This document shows positions 27,801 to 41,403 of a stretch of DNA of 64,000 bases, piece by piece. Every line of letters starts with the position of its first letter. The stretch's first letter is position 1. Position numbers and translations under genes: made by a program. Source of the stretch: Moniliella sp. 'wahieum' (lineage: Eukaryota); contig RSEE01000080.1 of NCBI GenBank assembly GCA_003971905.1, forward strand, positions 124,001 to 188,000, written 5' to 3'. The notes beneath the pieces were generated by a model, which saw only the letters and a list, made by a program, of their open reading frames with translations, was not told the DNA's origin and did no database searches.

Positions 27801-28227
27801 ATAGCGGGTGTGGGAATAGGGGTGGCGGAGGGAGACGAGGAAGAGGTGTGAGTGTAAGCGCTGCCCATGGAAGGAGCACGGCTATGAGGGTAGAACAGTT
27901 GGGCGACTGGCGGGGAAGCCGCAGGCACCGCCGAGGGGGGCACCGATGCAGAGAACGTGGATGTCCCCGATGGCATCGGGGCCGATCTCAGAGATGGAGG
28001 GAGCTGTTGGAGTGCGGAGCCAAGGCCACGCTCAAGCTGACGGAGTAGACGTGCGGTTGAGGACGTGTGTGGTGCGCCCAATGGAGGGGGCGGGGGCTTG
28101 GCGAGGGGCGGGGGGATGGGCGACACGGACGGCTGGGATTCTGGCGGCGCATGGCCAGAAGGTGCGCGGCGAACGTGGGGGATAGTGACGGCGCGTGGCC
28201 AGAGAAGATGGGTGCGGGCGTCGCCAT
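21856..28227 (-). CDS. LRG1: LIM-domain Rho GTPase-activating protein (Lrg1/Rga1 type)
   Basis: Tandem LIM domains CAGCGKRMSGQFVRALG...CERDYFRRL...WHPECYMINK|FWNVKL (26310-26860), a further LIM (CAFCHQTVEEEC), and a RhoGAP domain with the arginine finger SVEGIFRKNGNIR, LLKRFLRELPDPLLTF and MDLINLATVLGPN. Start uncertain. Confidence 0.93.
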
Positions 28228-28929
28228 GGCGCGGGAGGAAGGCAGGGAGCAGGAGACAGCAAGGGTGAATGCGCCGGGGGCCAGGCGGCGGCGGCAGCGA
28301 CGGCAGCGGCGGCAGGACGAAGCGGCTGGGCGGGAGCAGGAGCGGGAGCGGAAGCAGCACCAGAGCCAGAGCCAGAACCAGAACCAAACCCAAACCCAGC
28401 ACCAGCACCAGCACCAACAGCGAGAGTGCGGATGAGAGGATGGCAACGATGACGATGACGATGGCGGCGGCGACGACAAGGTTGGCGAGGCTGCGTGGCT
28501 GGGCGCCGGCATCGCGCTCGGGCACCAGGCAGAGGCCAGCACACCCGCCGACGCTGGGCACACGGGCGCCGTGCTGCCCCGGAGCGCGCAGCGGCAGCTC
28601 AGCGTCTGCGGCCTGAGCGCCCTGAGCGCCTCCTCTGCAGCGGCCCAGCCGAGGGGCGCAGGCCCACAGGCGAGCAAGGCGGAAGCACGCACCGCTGATC
28701 ACGCATGGCGCTTCCCCTGCATGCGGCACCAGCGCACTCGCACCCGTCGCTCGGGGAACGATCGATGATGATGCACGCATATCACGCATCCACCTCAGCC
28801 GCAGCAGGGGGGCAGCCACCGCCTCGCCAGAGTCCTAGTGCCCCAGCAAACCGCGTCCCAGCCGCCGTTGGCTGCCCGCGCTCACTCAGCCTTGCTCAGC
28901 CGGAGTGCTGAGCCTCAGCTCAACTCAAT

Positions 28930-28980
28930 CTTGAAGCTTGAGCTTGAAGCTTGAAGCTTGACGCTTGACGCTTGACGCTT
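28930..28980. repeat. 7-bp-period palindromic array (CTTGAAG/CTTGACG)n
   Basis: cttgaag cttgag cttgaag cttgaag cttgacg cttgacg cttgacg, read directly. Confidence 0.9.
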
Positions 28981-30773
28981 CCAGCGCTGCCAGTACCTAG
29001 CAGTGCCTCTCCAGGACCCAGTGCGCCTCTCCTTGTACCGCCCCGTGCGCTTGTCCAACCCTACAGCGTGGCCAGCGGAAGCGCCGCAGGGCGGAGCTGC
29101 CGCCTCCCGCCCTGGCCGCTTTGCCCCGCCCTCCTACGCCGGCACGAGCCAGCCACCCGGTGCACGCCCGTCCGCCCCCAGTGCCCAAGTGCCCGCCGGT
29201 GCACGGCGACGGTGTGGCTGCGCAACCCAGCGCAACCCCTCCCATCTCAGATGCCCACGCGTCGGATGCCCGCCGCCTGCCGCGCATACGCCTGCCTGCA
29301 AGCGCCTGCAAGCTGCAAGGCCTGCATCGGCTAGGATCAGCATGCGCCTGCCACAGCAGCTCCCTGCAGCTCCCCCGCCCAGCGCCGGGGCTGTGTCGGG
29401 GCAGGGCGCATAATGCACGGTGCATGGTGCAATGATGCATGATGCATGATGAATGATCGCCACTGGGCCTCGTGCTGGCCGGTGGGGCGCTGCGATTGAA
29501 GGCTGCTAGTGCAGCAGAACGCCCTGCCAGCTGCCATCTATCACTGGTGATGCATGATGACCACTGCTGCTGTGCTTGTGGGGTGGTGTCTTGGGGCCTG
29601 CCTGGCTTACGGTTGCAGTTGCGGCTGCTGCTGTTCTCTGATGGATCCGGCTCATCGATCATCTGCCCGTAGATCGTGCGCGGATCGTGGGGCACGCCAG
29701 GAGCTCCGCTACCCGCTCTGAGATCTGACATTCTGACAGGGAACCAGGCTCGGATCGACGTGCGTCCCCTTGGCCAACGACCGGGTAGGCGCGGGGCAGG
29801 CAAGTACAGCGGCCGCGTGCTGGAATCAGGACTCAGTCGATCATCCTTCTTCAACGTTCCACCTCTCGCCCCTGCCTCTCTCTCGTTTCACAAGTTCACA
29901 GCGAGCAGTCTCCCGAGGGGACTGGCGTCGCTCGCTGAAGAGTGGCCTGCACACAAAGCCTAAAGCCCAAGGTAACCGCTCCGTCTGTGCAACCGCCTTG
30001 GTGGGCTTGCCGGGCGCCGTCGATCTCATCCGCAATATCCATCTCGTCTTGTCGGGGGGAAGTATCAAGGCACAACAGAGACGGAGTAATAAGTAGAAGC
30101 GCTGGATAGGAAAATGTAGGCAATGTATATCAGCCCAGCTCCCACGGAGGATCGGCGTCGCCTGGCATAGCTGAGGGGAAACGGGGAGGAGGATGGTCTG
30201 AACGATGTTAACTGTTGCGTCCACCGCATCAGTACTAGGCGGTGAGAGGTGAGATCTGACCGGGTGAGAACGGTTGGTATATCTGTCGAATGGAGAATGC
30301 ACATAGGCTGGCAGAGAAGCTGATCAAGATGGTATGTGGGTAGGACTACAGTGCAAAAAGGATAGAAATAGAACAGACAGAGGACAAGCCTGCCGAGCGG
30401 TCGGCAGCTACAAGTGTGCTGGGGCCTTGTGGAATCGGCAGGGGTTTTTTTCGCGACCCCGCCCCTACCTGAGCCTGAGCCTGAGCCTGAGTCATCGGCC
30501 CACAACAACCCACAACCGCCTTGTGTGGGTCCCCGTTCCTAGCGAGGAAGATAGAGGGGAACTCAGCCCAGGGAGGCCAAGTAAAGAACGCTGGTCGGAC
30601 GGCGGAATGCATGTGATGCAAAAACGATGGATGGCCCTTGGGCGTCTAGCAAGAGCAGTAAATTGGAGAAGCACCGGCTACCCTGTCCCGGCCCGAGGTA
30701 GGGTGCAGTATATACCGACTCCCCACAGGCGCCGGAATAACGCGTAACGTGGGAGCTCCTCTGGCCTCGGGCC

Positions 30774-31920
30774 TCAACGGTTCTGGTGAGCTCGTTGGTT
30801 GAGGCCAAAGCGGAAACCTTCGTAGCACTGCAGATCGAGCAGAGAGAAAAGGGGCACAAAAGGGGGAGGAGGGGTTAGCAAGATCAGATAATGGCAAGTG
30901 ATATCGGGAAGATGCACTATCATATCATCCATGACGATATCACGCGCGGTCCAGTCCACGGCAGGGGGCCAAGGGAACCAGCAAGGGGGGGGACATGGGA
31001 CACGTACCAGCCAGCAAAGCGCATTGGAAGGCATGAACGTCAGCACGCGCGGGGTCAGTCCTCGAGCAAATCCTTCAATCCATCGCGCGCGTTGAGAGGA
31101 ACGCCTGCATCATTCCCGAGGCACGGCGAATGTCGGGATCGGTGGATGTGCCCCGGGTTTGGAGCAACGTCTTGGCCACAAGAGGCGTGGTGAGCGCGGC
31201 AGCTACCCCACCAGCAAACGCACCCGACATGCATGCGTCATCGGCGAGTATGACCGGGGGATTGAGCACTTTCTTGGCGATCGTACGCAGAGAATTGGAT
31301 CGCAGTAAATGGGACGGTCATGGTGAGGGTGGTGGGGTAGGACACATAAAACGCGCGCACACCCCCTTGGCGTAGATGGCGCTTGCACACGCCAGAATGG
31401 TTCGGTAGGTAGAGCCGTGCATTTGCATACGCTGCTTGATCACTGGAAAGACACGACAAAAGCGTTAGCGGTGTGGGTCGGGCCTCTCGGGAGTCAGCAA
31501 CGTACCATCAAACGGATTCATAAACGCGTCCGACACAATCGTGGCCGATGCGCCGGCGACAGCGGTAGACGCAAGATGAATGCCCTCTTGGTTGCCGCCC
31601 GTCGCCTCCTTGACGGCTTCGTACGTGCCAAAGTAAAGGGCGTGGGCGGGGCCAGCACCGAGGATGACGCTCGACACACCACGCCACAGGGTTCGAGCCC
31701 CCTCGAGCGTGGAGATGCGGGTGAAGGCCTCCCCCATGCCGGAATAGGTCGCAGCAGGGGACGCTGCAATGACCTGCATACGAGTGCGAACCAAGTCGAC
31801 CGGAAACATGCATGCGTGCTCAGCAATGCCCGCTGCGGCACCGGCGATCATGTTGATGTGGTAGGGAACATGGTCTCCCAGCCCCTCGTAGTCGACCTCA
31901 GTCTCTGAGAGGGCAGACAT
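30774..31920 (-). CDS. MRS3: Mitochondrial iron carrier, mitoferrin (Mrs3/Mrs4)
   Basis: EVDYEGL, MIAGAAAGIAEHACMFPVDLVRTRMQ, GAGPAHALYFGTYE, MNPFD|VIKQRMQ, AFYVSYPTTLTMTVPFTAIQF and CWL|CYEGFRF. Two GT-AG introns. Several indels. Confidence 0.93.
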
Positions 31921-34780
31921 CGGTGGAGTGAGAACGCGGCGTGGCGGGCGCGGTCAGAGTCGTTGGCGCTGGCGGTGTCGGTGGGGTAGAGGCGGGGCAG
32001 CGCCACCAGCAACGGACGGGGGTGGGGTTACCAGCAGGTTACTAACCAGGCTGGGGCAGCGCCAGAGAAGCTTTTAAAATTCACAGCACCCGGCCTATCG
32101 GCGTGCTTAATCGCCGCCATGGGCGCGTCGGGCATCATTACATTCATCGATCATCGATCATCATCCATCATGATCGCAATCAAGCTTCAAGCTGCAAGAT
32201 TCATTCAATTGCAACGTCGAACTCAATTGAAATTATTTGGCCGCAGTGAGCAACTTGTGATATTACGGCGTTATATACCGAGAGGATTCCGCCGCGTTGC
32301 TGGTTGGCCAGGCAGGTTTAGCACATCCCAAGCAACTCCCCTCCACGCGCAAATGGGGGGTTGTACAACTAGTGTCCTCCCCTGTTTCTTATAACGGGAC
32401 CAGTGCGTTGGCCCCGCTGTGACGCACAATGTGGGGGCAAGAATTAAAGGATTGTTGTTTCTTCCAACTGTGCCTCTGTTGTGACTGAGAGAGTTTGACA
32501 GTCCGACGTCTCTCTTGTGCCCCTACCGTGTCCCCTACAGCGGAAGCGGGACTTTGCGAGCTTGTGGCACACCACGCTGTATACACTCCTCACGATGTAT
32601 CCCTCTGAGCAGGACAGAGAGAAGGTACTTGTCTGCAGTATCATTTGGACCTGCTGGTATTAATGTTCTCCCCACAAAAAGATATTCCTCTGCAGCTTTT
32701 CCAACGATCCCTGGTCCCCCGTCCAAGGCACTTGAGGTGTTCTCGTGGTTTAATTACATTCCGGCAGGATCCAACACCACGGTGTGCCTATCTCGGCGGG
32801 GCCGCAACGAATTTTTCGACTACATTCGGGCGATGCCAGTTGTCGGGGCGTCCGTCGATCAGCGCAACCACCTTTGGTTTTTACCTCTTTTTTATCTACG
32901 AAGGGCCGCATTCTGTGACAGAGGGAGGGCCGTCGTCAGACGCTTCTCTTTGTCTCGGTAGGCGTCCCTGAATTGTGCCGCCGCGCGGGCCTGTAAGAAG
33001 TCCCCATTGCCATCCAAATCTCGTCTTGCCATCATTCCCACTTCTGCTCGGTATCGTGCCGCTCCGAAAAGTTCGTTCATATTCATCTTGGACCGGACAG
33101 CCAAAAGATGCATGTATGCAAAAAAGGATTGTGGCAAGATCAGCTCTCTGGGTCAATGTTGGCCTGGCATTCTCTTAGGATGGGGCCCTTACGAGAAAAG
33201 ACAATACTGGACACTGGAAACCCGGGAATGTTCCACAGCAGTCGGGAACGCCGGTCTTCCCGTCTCGAGAGATGGTTTTGGGGGCAAAACTGGACTGCGG
33301 TGGTTATCGATTTCCGGTCGACAGGAAAAGCTGAAAGACTAAGAATAGGTCGTTGGAAGTGGACTGGTGAGACGGCCGGCAAGGTACAGGAAGAGCTGAC
33401 TATGAGAGATTTGCCTGATGGTGAGGAGCAAGTATTGTAGTTTGGCCAATCTCTCTCTCCCATTTCCAATTTCTTCGTCCCGAGCGTCTCGCTCTTTCCC
33501 TGTTTCTTCCACTTCGCACCATATCCTCTCTGCACTTCCTTCTTCCCCACGAACGATTGCTACACTCCTTGGCCTAGTCCCGATTCTGGTCTCCCTCGCC
33601 TTAGTCCCGACTGTGACAGCAAGGATGAAGAAGGAACGAGAAGCTGCCAAGCGGCTCTTGCAGGGAGAGAAAACTCGGTTCAAGCAGCATATCCAGGTGG
33701 AATCTATAACCAGTGGACAAGGCGCAACCTAGAATGGGACCAAGCGTACGAAGGAGCGACTCGGTCCTCAGTAAGGAACACGGACCAAGGGGGGACAACG
33801 ACCTATTCTCTCAGCTCAGGCACGCTCAACCAGAGACAAAATAAGGATATATCTATAGTGCGTATAACGAGGGCAAACCGGGCGAGCTTCTCAGCAAGAA
33901 AAACGAAACATAATACGCATCGTCAACATCATCGATCAGAGCTCGTTCTTGTTTTTGGGTACCGGGTCTTCGAAATGGAAGAACACGACAAAACAAAAGG
34001 TGCTGCTGGGACCAAACAAAACCAACGCACGGACCACCTCAGCTAGATCGAAGGGACTCGATCTCGTTGCCCACTGAGAACTGAGATGGAAGGGAACATG
34101 CTTCATCTGGACTACAGTGGTGGACTGGAGATGGAATATGCATGGGTTGTCTAGGGCGAGTCACTTGCCTCTGACTGCTGAGCTAGTCAGCCCGGTATTG
34201 GGGATATATATATGCTCAGCGTCCAACCCAGGCAAGAGAGACAAGGGGAGCCAGTGCACTCCCACATGACATCACAGAACGTGGGTTGGACCCTTGGACT
34301 GTTTTCGATCCTGTTTGCCCCTGTTTGTACACACACTCTTTTTCATGTGTGGCTTGAAGCTTGAAGCTCGAAGCTTGACCCAGCTCGCATGATGCGCATG
34401 ATGTCGTGCTCCGAGGTATAACAAATCCCTCGCATCTCCTAGTAGATGAATACGCCCCCTCTTTTCTCTTCTAAGCGGCTACGAAAACCACTCCCGACGT
34501 GTTTTCACCCAGACTCGTAGGAAGCAGGAGCTCCGGATGCAGCACATGGTATAGTAGAGTGGGCAGGACAGATAATAGGTACGGATCCTCTGGCGCCGGG
34601 TTGTCCCTGATGTTATACTGGGGAGACGAAAAAGGGAGAGTCGGGTCTGGGCTTGGTCGATTGGGGCGAGCTACAGGTACGGCGCGGGCGGGGGCAGGGC
34701 GGGCGGGGCAAGGGCAGCCAAGTCGGTTAGTTACTAGGTGGGTGCGGGGTAGGGGGGGCATGCAACATGGGGTCATTCGG

Positions 34781-36087
34781 TCATTCGACCAATTGAACAG
34801 GGACCATGCCCCGCACTGCGTTGCACAGAAACAGTCGCCACTGTTCGGGGTGCCGCACCACCTCCGACACCCGCACGTCGCCCTCGATAACCCAGCCGCG
34901 GGCCAGGAGCTCGCTGCGCATCAGGCCAGGCAAGGGCCCGTCGCGGGGACGTACGATCGGGGTAATGAAGCGATCGGGTTTCTCCGGCGCTTGCGTAAGG
35001 TCTTCCAGGACCAAGTGGCCATGCCCGACTCGAGCAGTCGGGTGTGCCCCATCGCATCCCTCGACCAGAGCAGCACGTCAAACACCGGCGGTGGACTTGC
35101 ACTGAGGGGAGGATGGCAAGTGGGGTGGGCAGGGTGATTGAGAAAGGCGAGTTGGTCCCGCGAAGCAGAGGGATCGGATGCGACCAGTCGCTGAGCCAGG
35201 TCGGCTGTCGAGCCACGACGCGGTGCATCGGCAGTGGGCTGATGCCCCAGTGGCGTGGAAAGAGAACCTGAGCCCGGGGCAGGGCTGGGGTTGTACGTGG
35301 GGGTCAAGGTGGCGTTGACCCGGCGCTGCGCGTCCACGTATCGTTCCCGAATCGACGTTTTGTGCGTCACGCTAAAAGCAACGGGGGCGTCCGAAGAGGA
35401 TGGATGGGCGGGGAAGCGACGAGCTGGTTCGGTGTCCAGCCGCACCGCTGGCATTGACTCGCCCATCTCGGGGGCAGATGAAACGTGGGCTGAGATGCAC
35501 CAAGGGGCATGGATCGAAAAATTGGACGAGGCCGAGGAGGCCGAGCGAGATCGACAGACCGAAGTGGGCGTGATGGGGGACGAAGGCGCAGAGGAGTTGT
35601 ACAAACTTTGTTGTGGGGACAAGGAAGCGCCAGGAACAAAAGGGGTACGAACAGAGAGGCGCAACGAGTAGTGTGCCATCGTCCAGGGGAAGATGAGCGT
35701 GAAGCTTGAGCAAAAGTTGTCGCCCCAACTCATCTGGTGGTGCAGGGGCGAGGGATGCTCGAGCGCCCAGTCGGCAGCGGCGTCAACGAGACGCTGGATG
35801 TGCCTATCAGCCAGGGGATGCGTGCGTAAAGGGCGCGGAGCGCAGCATTCTCTTCCTCTTCGAGCGTGATGGCATAGGGTGTAGCCTGCCAGAGCCAAAG
35901 GAGAAATGGGAAAAGGCGGCGGGCCCACTGGCATTCTTGGCGACCGTACTGGACGTGGGTAACGAAGCGTGGTGGAAATGATGATGATGTTGATTATGCT
36001 GATGGGGTGGACGATAATCGCCGTGAGGGTGATGAAGGAAGTGAGGATGCAGATGGGCATTTGCGATGTGAGTTTGGGAATCGGCAT
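34781..36087 (-). CDS. ABZ2: Aminodeoxychorismate lyase (PLP class IV aminotransferase fold; pABA/folate synthesis)
   Basis: TTLRY, HIQRLVDAA, VRLDTEP...HKTSIRERY, FDVLLW...LLESGMA and FITP...LPGLMRSELL...LCNAVRG, in the order typical of fungal Abz2. Confidence 0.78.
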
Positions 36088-37698
36088 TGCTGCTGCTAGT
36101 AGCTGAGCTGCTGAGGAGGTTATCGCGGTGGGCGGTAAGTTGGGGCGGGAGGGGGAGGCCAAGCAGCGGTCATCTGGTGCCGAGGCGCGCACCGCCGCAG
36201 GCACCACCCGCATAGTCGTCACCAGGTAGAATCCCATATGGAGTCGAAAAAGGTGCTAGGATGGATCGAAGGCGGGATGGTGGTGGTCTGAAGGAGTAAA
36301 AAAGAAAAAAGGCAGGCGGGGCCGAGAATAGGGCGAAAACAAAAGACCGACTGCAACACTACAGTGAACTCTGGAACAGGAGAGCGGAGCGGTGGGACAC
36401 TCGGCAGAAAGCGCTGACGCTGAGAGTACGTGAATACTGAAGATATCCCTGCTGTTTGATAAATCACCCCACCACACTGCTGAGGGGAAGATGCGGATGA
36501 GTTGGGTGAAATATGAGAGCTCGCTCTGAGTCTGAGATCGGAGGATCTGAGAAGCTGCGATATCCCTTGCTCTTGAAGCCTGGCTTGAAGCTTGTACAAA
36601 CAGTTCGTCGGCTCACACTACATCAGGACTAGTGACTTTGGCATTGCCTTGCCTTAGGCCTTACCGGCTTACCGGTTACCGGTTAGCATCATCGACATCA
36701 TCGATCATCGACCATCAATCATCAATCGAATGCTTATTTGACACTCGTCTGCGGAGGTGGCGTCAGCGTTAGCGCCGTTACGCGTACGCGTTAACGCTCG
36801 TAGTCTTGGCGTTGCCTCAGGCCCCCAGGGTCTCAGGCCTCGTGCGTCATGTGGCGTGGCCGGTTGGAGGCGCTGATGGATGATGCGGGTGCGCTTGAAG
36901 TTTGAAGCTTGAATTCAAGCTGGAAGCTGGACAGCATGGGCCAGGCCACAGAGCACAGCCTCCGACTCTGCCCGACAATGCGTCTGATGTGGGCGCGCAA
37001 GGGATGGTGAGCTGATATAGAAACGGGGCGCCTGCCTCTGATCTGCTCCCAACCAGGCGGGACCAAGAGTAGCCCCACCGTGCAAGGCGCCACGCCACAA
37101 GACTGTGTACAGGTGTGTACAGGTCGAGATACCCCACAGTCTGTACGGCGCCGGCCTCCTCCGTCTCAGGAGGCAGAGAGGGGGGCTAGCCTAAGGCTGT
37201 CCAAGGGCTGGACGCGCACCACAGCACGCACTCCGATGCGCCACCTGCGTCATGACGCGCAGGACGCCCCCCCGACGCCTGTCCATCCCTGCGCCCATGC
37301 CCGAGGAGAGAGTCGCATGTTCTTGCCCGACGGCAGAATGACAGCGCACATGTGACACTGCCTCAGCCTCCTCCTGGGCCCTGTGCGACACGTGCTGCCA
37401 CATCACGTGATGCATGGCAGCCGCTGTGCACCGCCCCGCGACCAGCACGTGACCCCAGTGGCAGCCGCACTGGACTGGGCACCCACCAGGGCTACTTTGT
37501 TTTTTCTTCGCCCTGCGACATCCGACAACATTGGGCGCGACCACCGCCCCTGTGCCGGTCCATGTCATCCGACTCGAGCCTCACCCCCTCGCCGCCCCTC
37601 CGCCGTTCCCGCCGCCTTCCCCACGGCCCCCCTCATCTTCACCCTTTTCTCCCTCCCTCACCCGACGCACGAGCCCCGATAGAAGGCCAAGTGCATCC

Positions 37699-38466
37699 TA
37701 TGGCGAGGCGTCGAGCGGCGCCGAAGCGTCGGAGGAGGACGAGGTGTTGACTGACCCCCTTCTTCTCCTGCACCGGGGCCGGAGCCGCAGCAGGGCGACC
37801 AAAGCCTCCCTCCCCCACGCATGCGCAAACGCAAACGTACGCCGCCGGGGAAAGCCAAGCTGCAACAGCGGCAGGAAGCATGCCGTGCCGCCTGGGCGGC
37901 CGAGGCACGTGCGTGGGCCCAATGGCCCCTTGCGGATGCGCGCGAGGCGAGGCGGGATGACTTGTATGTAAGACAACATCAACATGTACCTGTGCAACTG
38001 CCTGCGTCCGGGCTGCTCGTCGCGCTCCGCACCATGCGGCGCAATACTTTCGCGCACACAACCAACTGCAGCCATCGCAACTGGCCGCACGGCGCGCGGC
38101 ACGTTCCTCGATGGTGGTACGGCGCACGAGGCCGCATGCACAGCAGAAGCAGTACGTGTATGGCAAAACCTCGTCACTCAGTCTTTCCACGTCCCCCATC
38201 AACCGGAGGACCCACCTCTCCCTCTTGCCTCCTTTCCCCGTCGTACCAAGCGGATCAACCCTGGCGGGACGTATTACAGCGAGTACTTGGCCCGGCGGGA
38301 CAAACTTCCACCCATCTATCGCCAACAGGCAATCGACTTGCACCGCCAGGCCAGCGGGTCAACCAGTACCTCTTCCGGCGCCGCCGTTGGGTGCGCAAGC
38401 TGCGCAGCGACATTGCGGAGGTTCAGGACAGACTGAACAAGTTTGCTGCCGTGGAAAGTGGCGACG

Positions 38467-38544
<78 letters not shown>

Positions 38545-39900
38545 CAGCAGCAGCAGCACGCGGCAGCAGCAGCACCGGCAGTAGCAGCACCCAGCAGCAC
38601 CGGTAGCAGCAGCACTGGAAGCAGCAGCACTGGAAGCAGCAGCACCGGTAGCAGCAGCAGCACCGGCAGCAGCAGCACCGGTAGCAGCAGCACTGGAAGC
38701 AGCAGCACTGGAAGCAGCAGCACTGGAAGCAGCACCGGCAGCAGCAGCAGCAGCAGCAGCAGCCGTCGCAGCAGTCGCCGCGGACAGGACTTGAAGCGGG
38801 GTGTGCCGGTGCGCAAACGCAAGCGGGAGTTATCCACGTGTACGGAGCTAGAACAGAAGCTGAAGGAATTACAACAGTCGCTGGAGGAACATCTGCTCCG
38901 TATACCGCAATTGAGAGAGGAGGAGTCGCGGCTGCGCAACGAGGAGAGCCTGCTGTTACGTCGATACGAGGCCTATGGGGCGCTGATGGAACCTGCCGAA
39001 GAGATGTGGATGTGGACAAGGCGTTGGAAGAGGGTCAAGTGGCTGCGTCGGCCTTGTCGCTGGAAGAGCAGATGGCCCAGTCGCTTGGCGTGCTGCATCC
39101 CTGGGAACAAATGGAAGAGGAGGAGGAGTTGCGGCCCTTTGGGATGGACGCTGCCGTGCAAGCGCAGCGCGAGGCTGAAGTGGAACAGCGAGCGCAGCAG
39201 GGCCATTCTACGCATTTTGGCCAGTCGGCCCAGTCGTTTGACCGGATGCTCCAGCTCCTTCGGCCCAACATGTCATATGCGTTGGATGCAAGCGCACTCG
39301 TTGCTTTGGGTAAGATGGCTTCTTCTTTTCGTTGAGGGCCCAAGCTAATCGTTGAGTTGTCTAGGGATCTATGTGGAAGAGTGCCTCGCCGAGCACCTGT
39401 CGGCCTGGCCTGCTGCCACCCACAGCCCCTCTGCGCACGACGAGGAGACGAATGTCGCGGATGTTTTAGGATTCCCTTTGGACGCACCGGCCTGGTCGCT
39501 CTATGCCGCGCCTGATACCGAGGGCAGCGGCCTTGCTGCCCCGCTCAGTGTACAGTGTCATACCCAACAAGCTGTTGCGCCCGACCTGGCCTTGGTGCGA
39601 GGCGCGTGTGGCCCACAAGGTGTGCTGGAGGAAGCGCTGCCGGCGACCGAATGGGCTGGCGTGCCCGCGTATACCCTGTGTGACACGAGCGATGTCTCGA
39701 GGGGATCCGGGGGAGCGGGTCGGAAGCTTCGTCAGCGGACGAGGAGGTGCGGCGCAAGAAGCTTTACGGCCGCCTGGTCAACAGTGCGCCAGGCCGGGTC
39801 TATCGCTTGGCGGGGCTCGAGTCGGACGAAGCGGTGGACCGGCAGATGGGCCGGATCGTCCAGGCGACCGACCTGCCGAACAGCTCGGATGCTTGAGGGA
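37699..39900 (+). CDS. Hypothetical protein with a low-complexity tract and coiled coil; frameshifted, boundaries uncertain
   Basis: Coding-like segments (VRKLRSDIAEVQDRLNKF; RKRKRELSTCTELEQKLKELQQSLEE) joined across frame switches. No recognised domain. Confidence 0.35.
38471..38763. repeat. (CAG)~24 microsatellite followed by a 15-nt minisatellite (CACYGGWAGCAGCAG)
   Basis: Pure CAG run at 38471-38542, then repeated cactggaagcagcag / caccggtagcagcag units. Confidence 0.95.
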
Positions 39901-40344
39901 AGGGCGGACGCAGAGTCTGTCAGGCATCGTCACACCAACCAGCAACCCACCATCTACAGCGCCGGCCTATCCTGGGTCAGTCAGGAGCAGTCGTCGTTGG
40001 TCATAGTCATATCTAAATGGGACACCCACTTGCCACAACGAGCGAGCGCAGGCCAGGCCAGCGGAGGTTATATTTGCCTGCGGCGGGCGCTCTGTGTTGC
40101 AGCGGGCGGAATGCCAGCTGGTTCCGCGCGGAGGCACCTGGCCGCTGCGTGGCGGCGTGTGCCTGTGCGGCCCAAATGGCGCTGGGACGGACCAGTTCCG
40201 ATGGCAGCCGCCTGGAGAATGAGAGGTTGCGATGTGAGTTGGGAGGATCGAAATCCCACGCAGGCCGCTGGTTATGTTGGCCGCCGCGCTTCTGCTCAGC
40301 ACACACGACACCCACCACCGCCTCCTGCTCGTGCCCTGCCTGCC

Positions 40345-41403
40345 ATGCCCAACGCTCTTATCGCCCCCTCTGTCCTCGCGTCCGACATGGGCGCCCTCAC
40401 CGCCGAGTGCAAGCGCATGATCGACTGCGGCGCCGACTGGCTCCACATGGGTGCGTGCCTTGCTAGCGTCGCTTCCCCCCCACTTCATGTGTATGCATGC
40501 TAACGTTTTGCTTTTGCCGTTTCGCTCGCCCCGTTCCGCAGACATTATGGATGGGTGCGTAGACCCGCCCGCCCCCTCTCTGCGCCCGCCCTCGGAGCGA
40601 ATACTGACCCGTTTCCACAGTCATTTCGTGCCCAACATTGTCCTTGGCGCGCCCATCCTCGCTTCGATCAGCAAGACCTTGCCCGACGCTGAGCTCGACT
40701 GCCACATGATGGTCGCTGCCCCGGAAAAGGTGCGTAGGCCTGGGTTGCATTGCACGTGCGCTTGCAATCGCATCGCATCGCCAATCTCATTCCATTCCCT
40801 CGTGCCGTTTCCCTTGTTGTGATCTGCATGGCTGACCGAGTACCTCCAGTGGATCAAGGATATTGCTGCAGCCGGCGGAAAGTCGTACACCTTCCATCTT
40901 GAAGCGACCCGTACGTTGTTGTTGTTGTTTTTTTCTTTCTCTCTTCCCACCTTGTCCTTTCCCTCGTTGCTCTCTTTACTCACCTGTTCCCTTGAAAAGA
41001 CGATCCGTTGGAGGTTGTGCGGCAGATCAAAGCAGCGGGCATGCGGGCTGCTGTGGCCATCAACCCCGGCACGCCTGCCAGCGAGATTTCCGATGAACTG
41101 GCAGCGGCATTGGACATGATTCTCGTCATGACTGTCTGGCCGGGCGCAGGTGGCCAGAAGTTCATTGGGGAGTGCATGCCCAAGGTGCGTCAACTGCGGC
41201 ATCGCTTCCCCTCTTCACATTGAGGTCGACGGCGGTGTGGGGCCGGCGACAATCGACAAGTGTGCCCAGGCGGGGCGAATGTGATCGTGGCAGGCACGGC
41301 CATCTTTAATGCCGAACGCCCCCGCGACGTCATCCAGTTCCTCCGTACGCAGGTCAACGAAGCCCAGGCGCAGCTGAAGGAAGAATGGGCCAAAAGCGCC
41401 TAA
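40345..41403 (+). CDS. RPE1: Ribulose-phosphate 3-epimerase
   Basis: IAPSVLASD, ADWLHM|DIMDG|HFVPNI, DCHMMV, YTFHLE, ILVMTVWPGAGGQKF, IEVDGGV and ANVIVAGTAIF. Four GT-AG introns. Confidence 0.97.
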
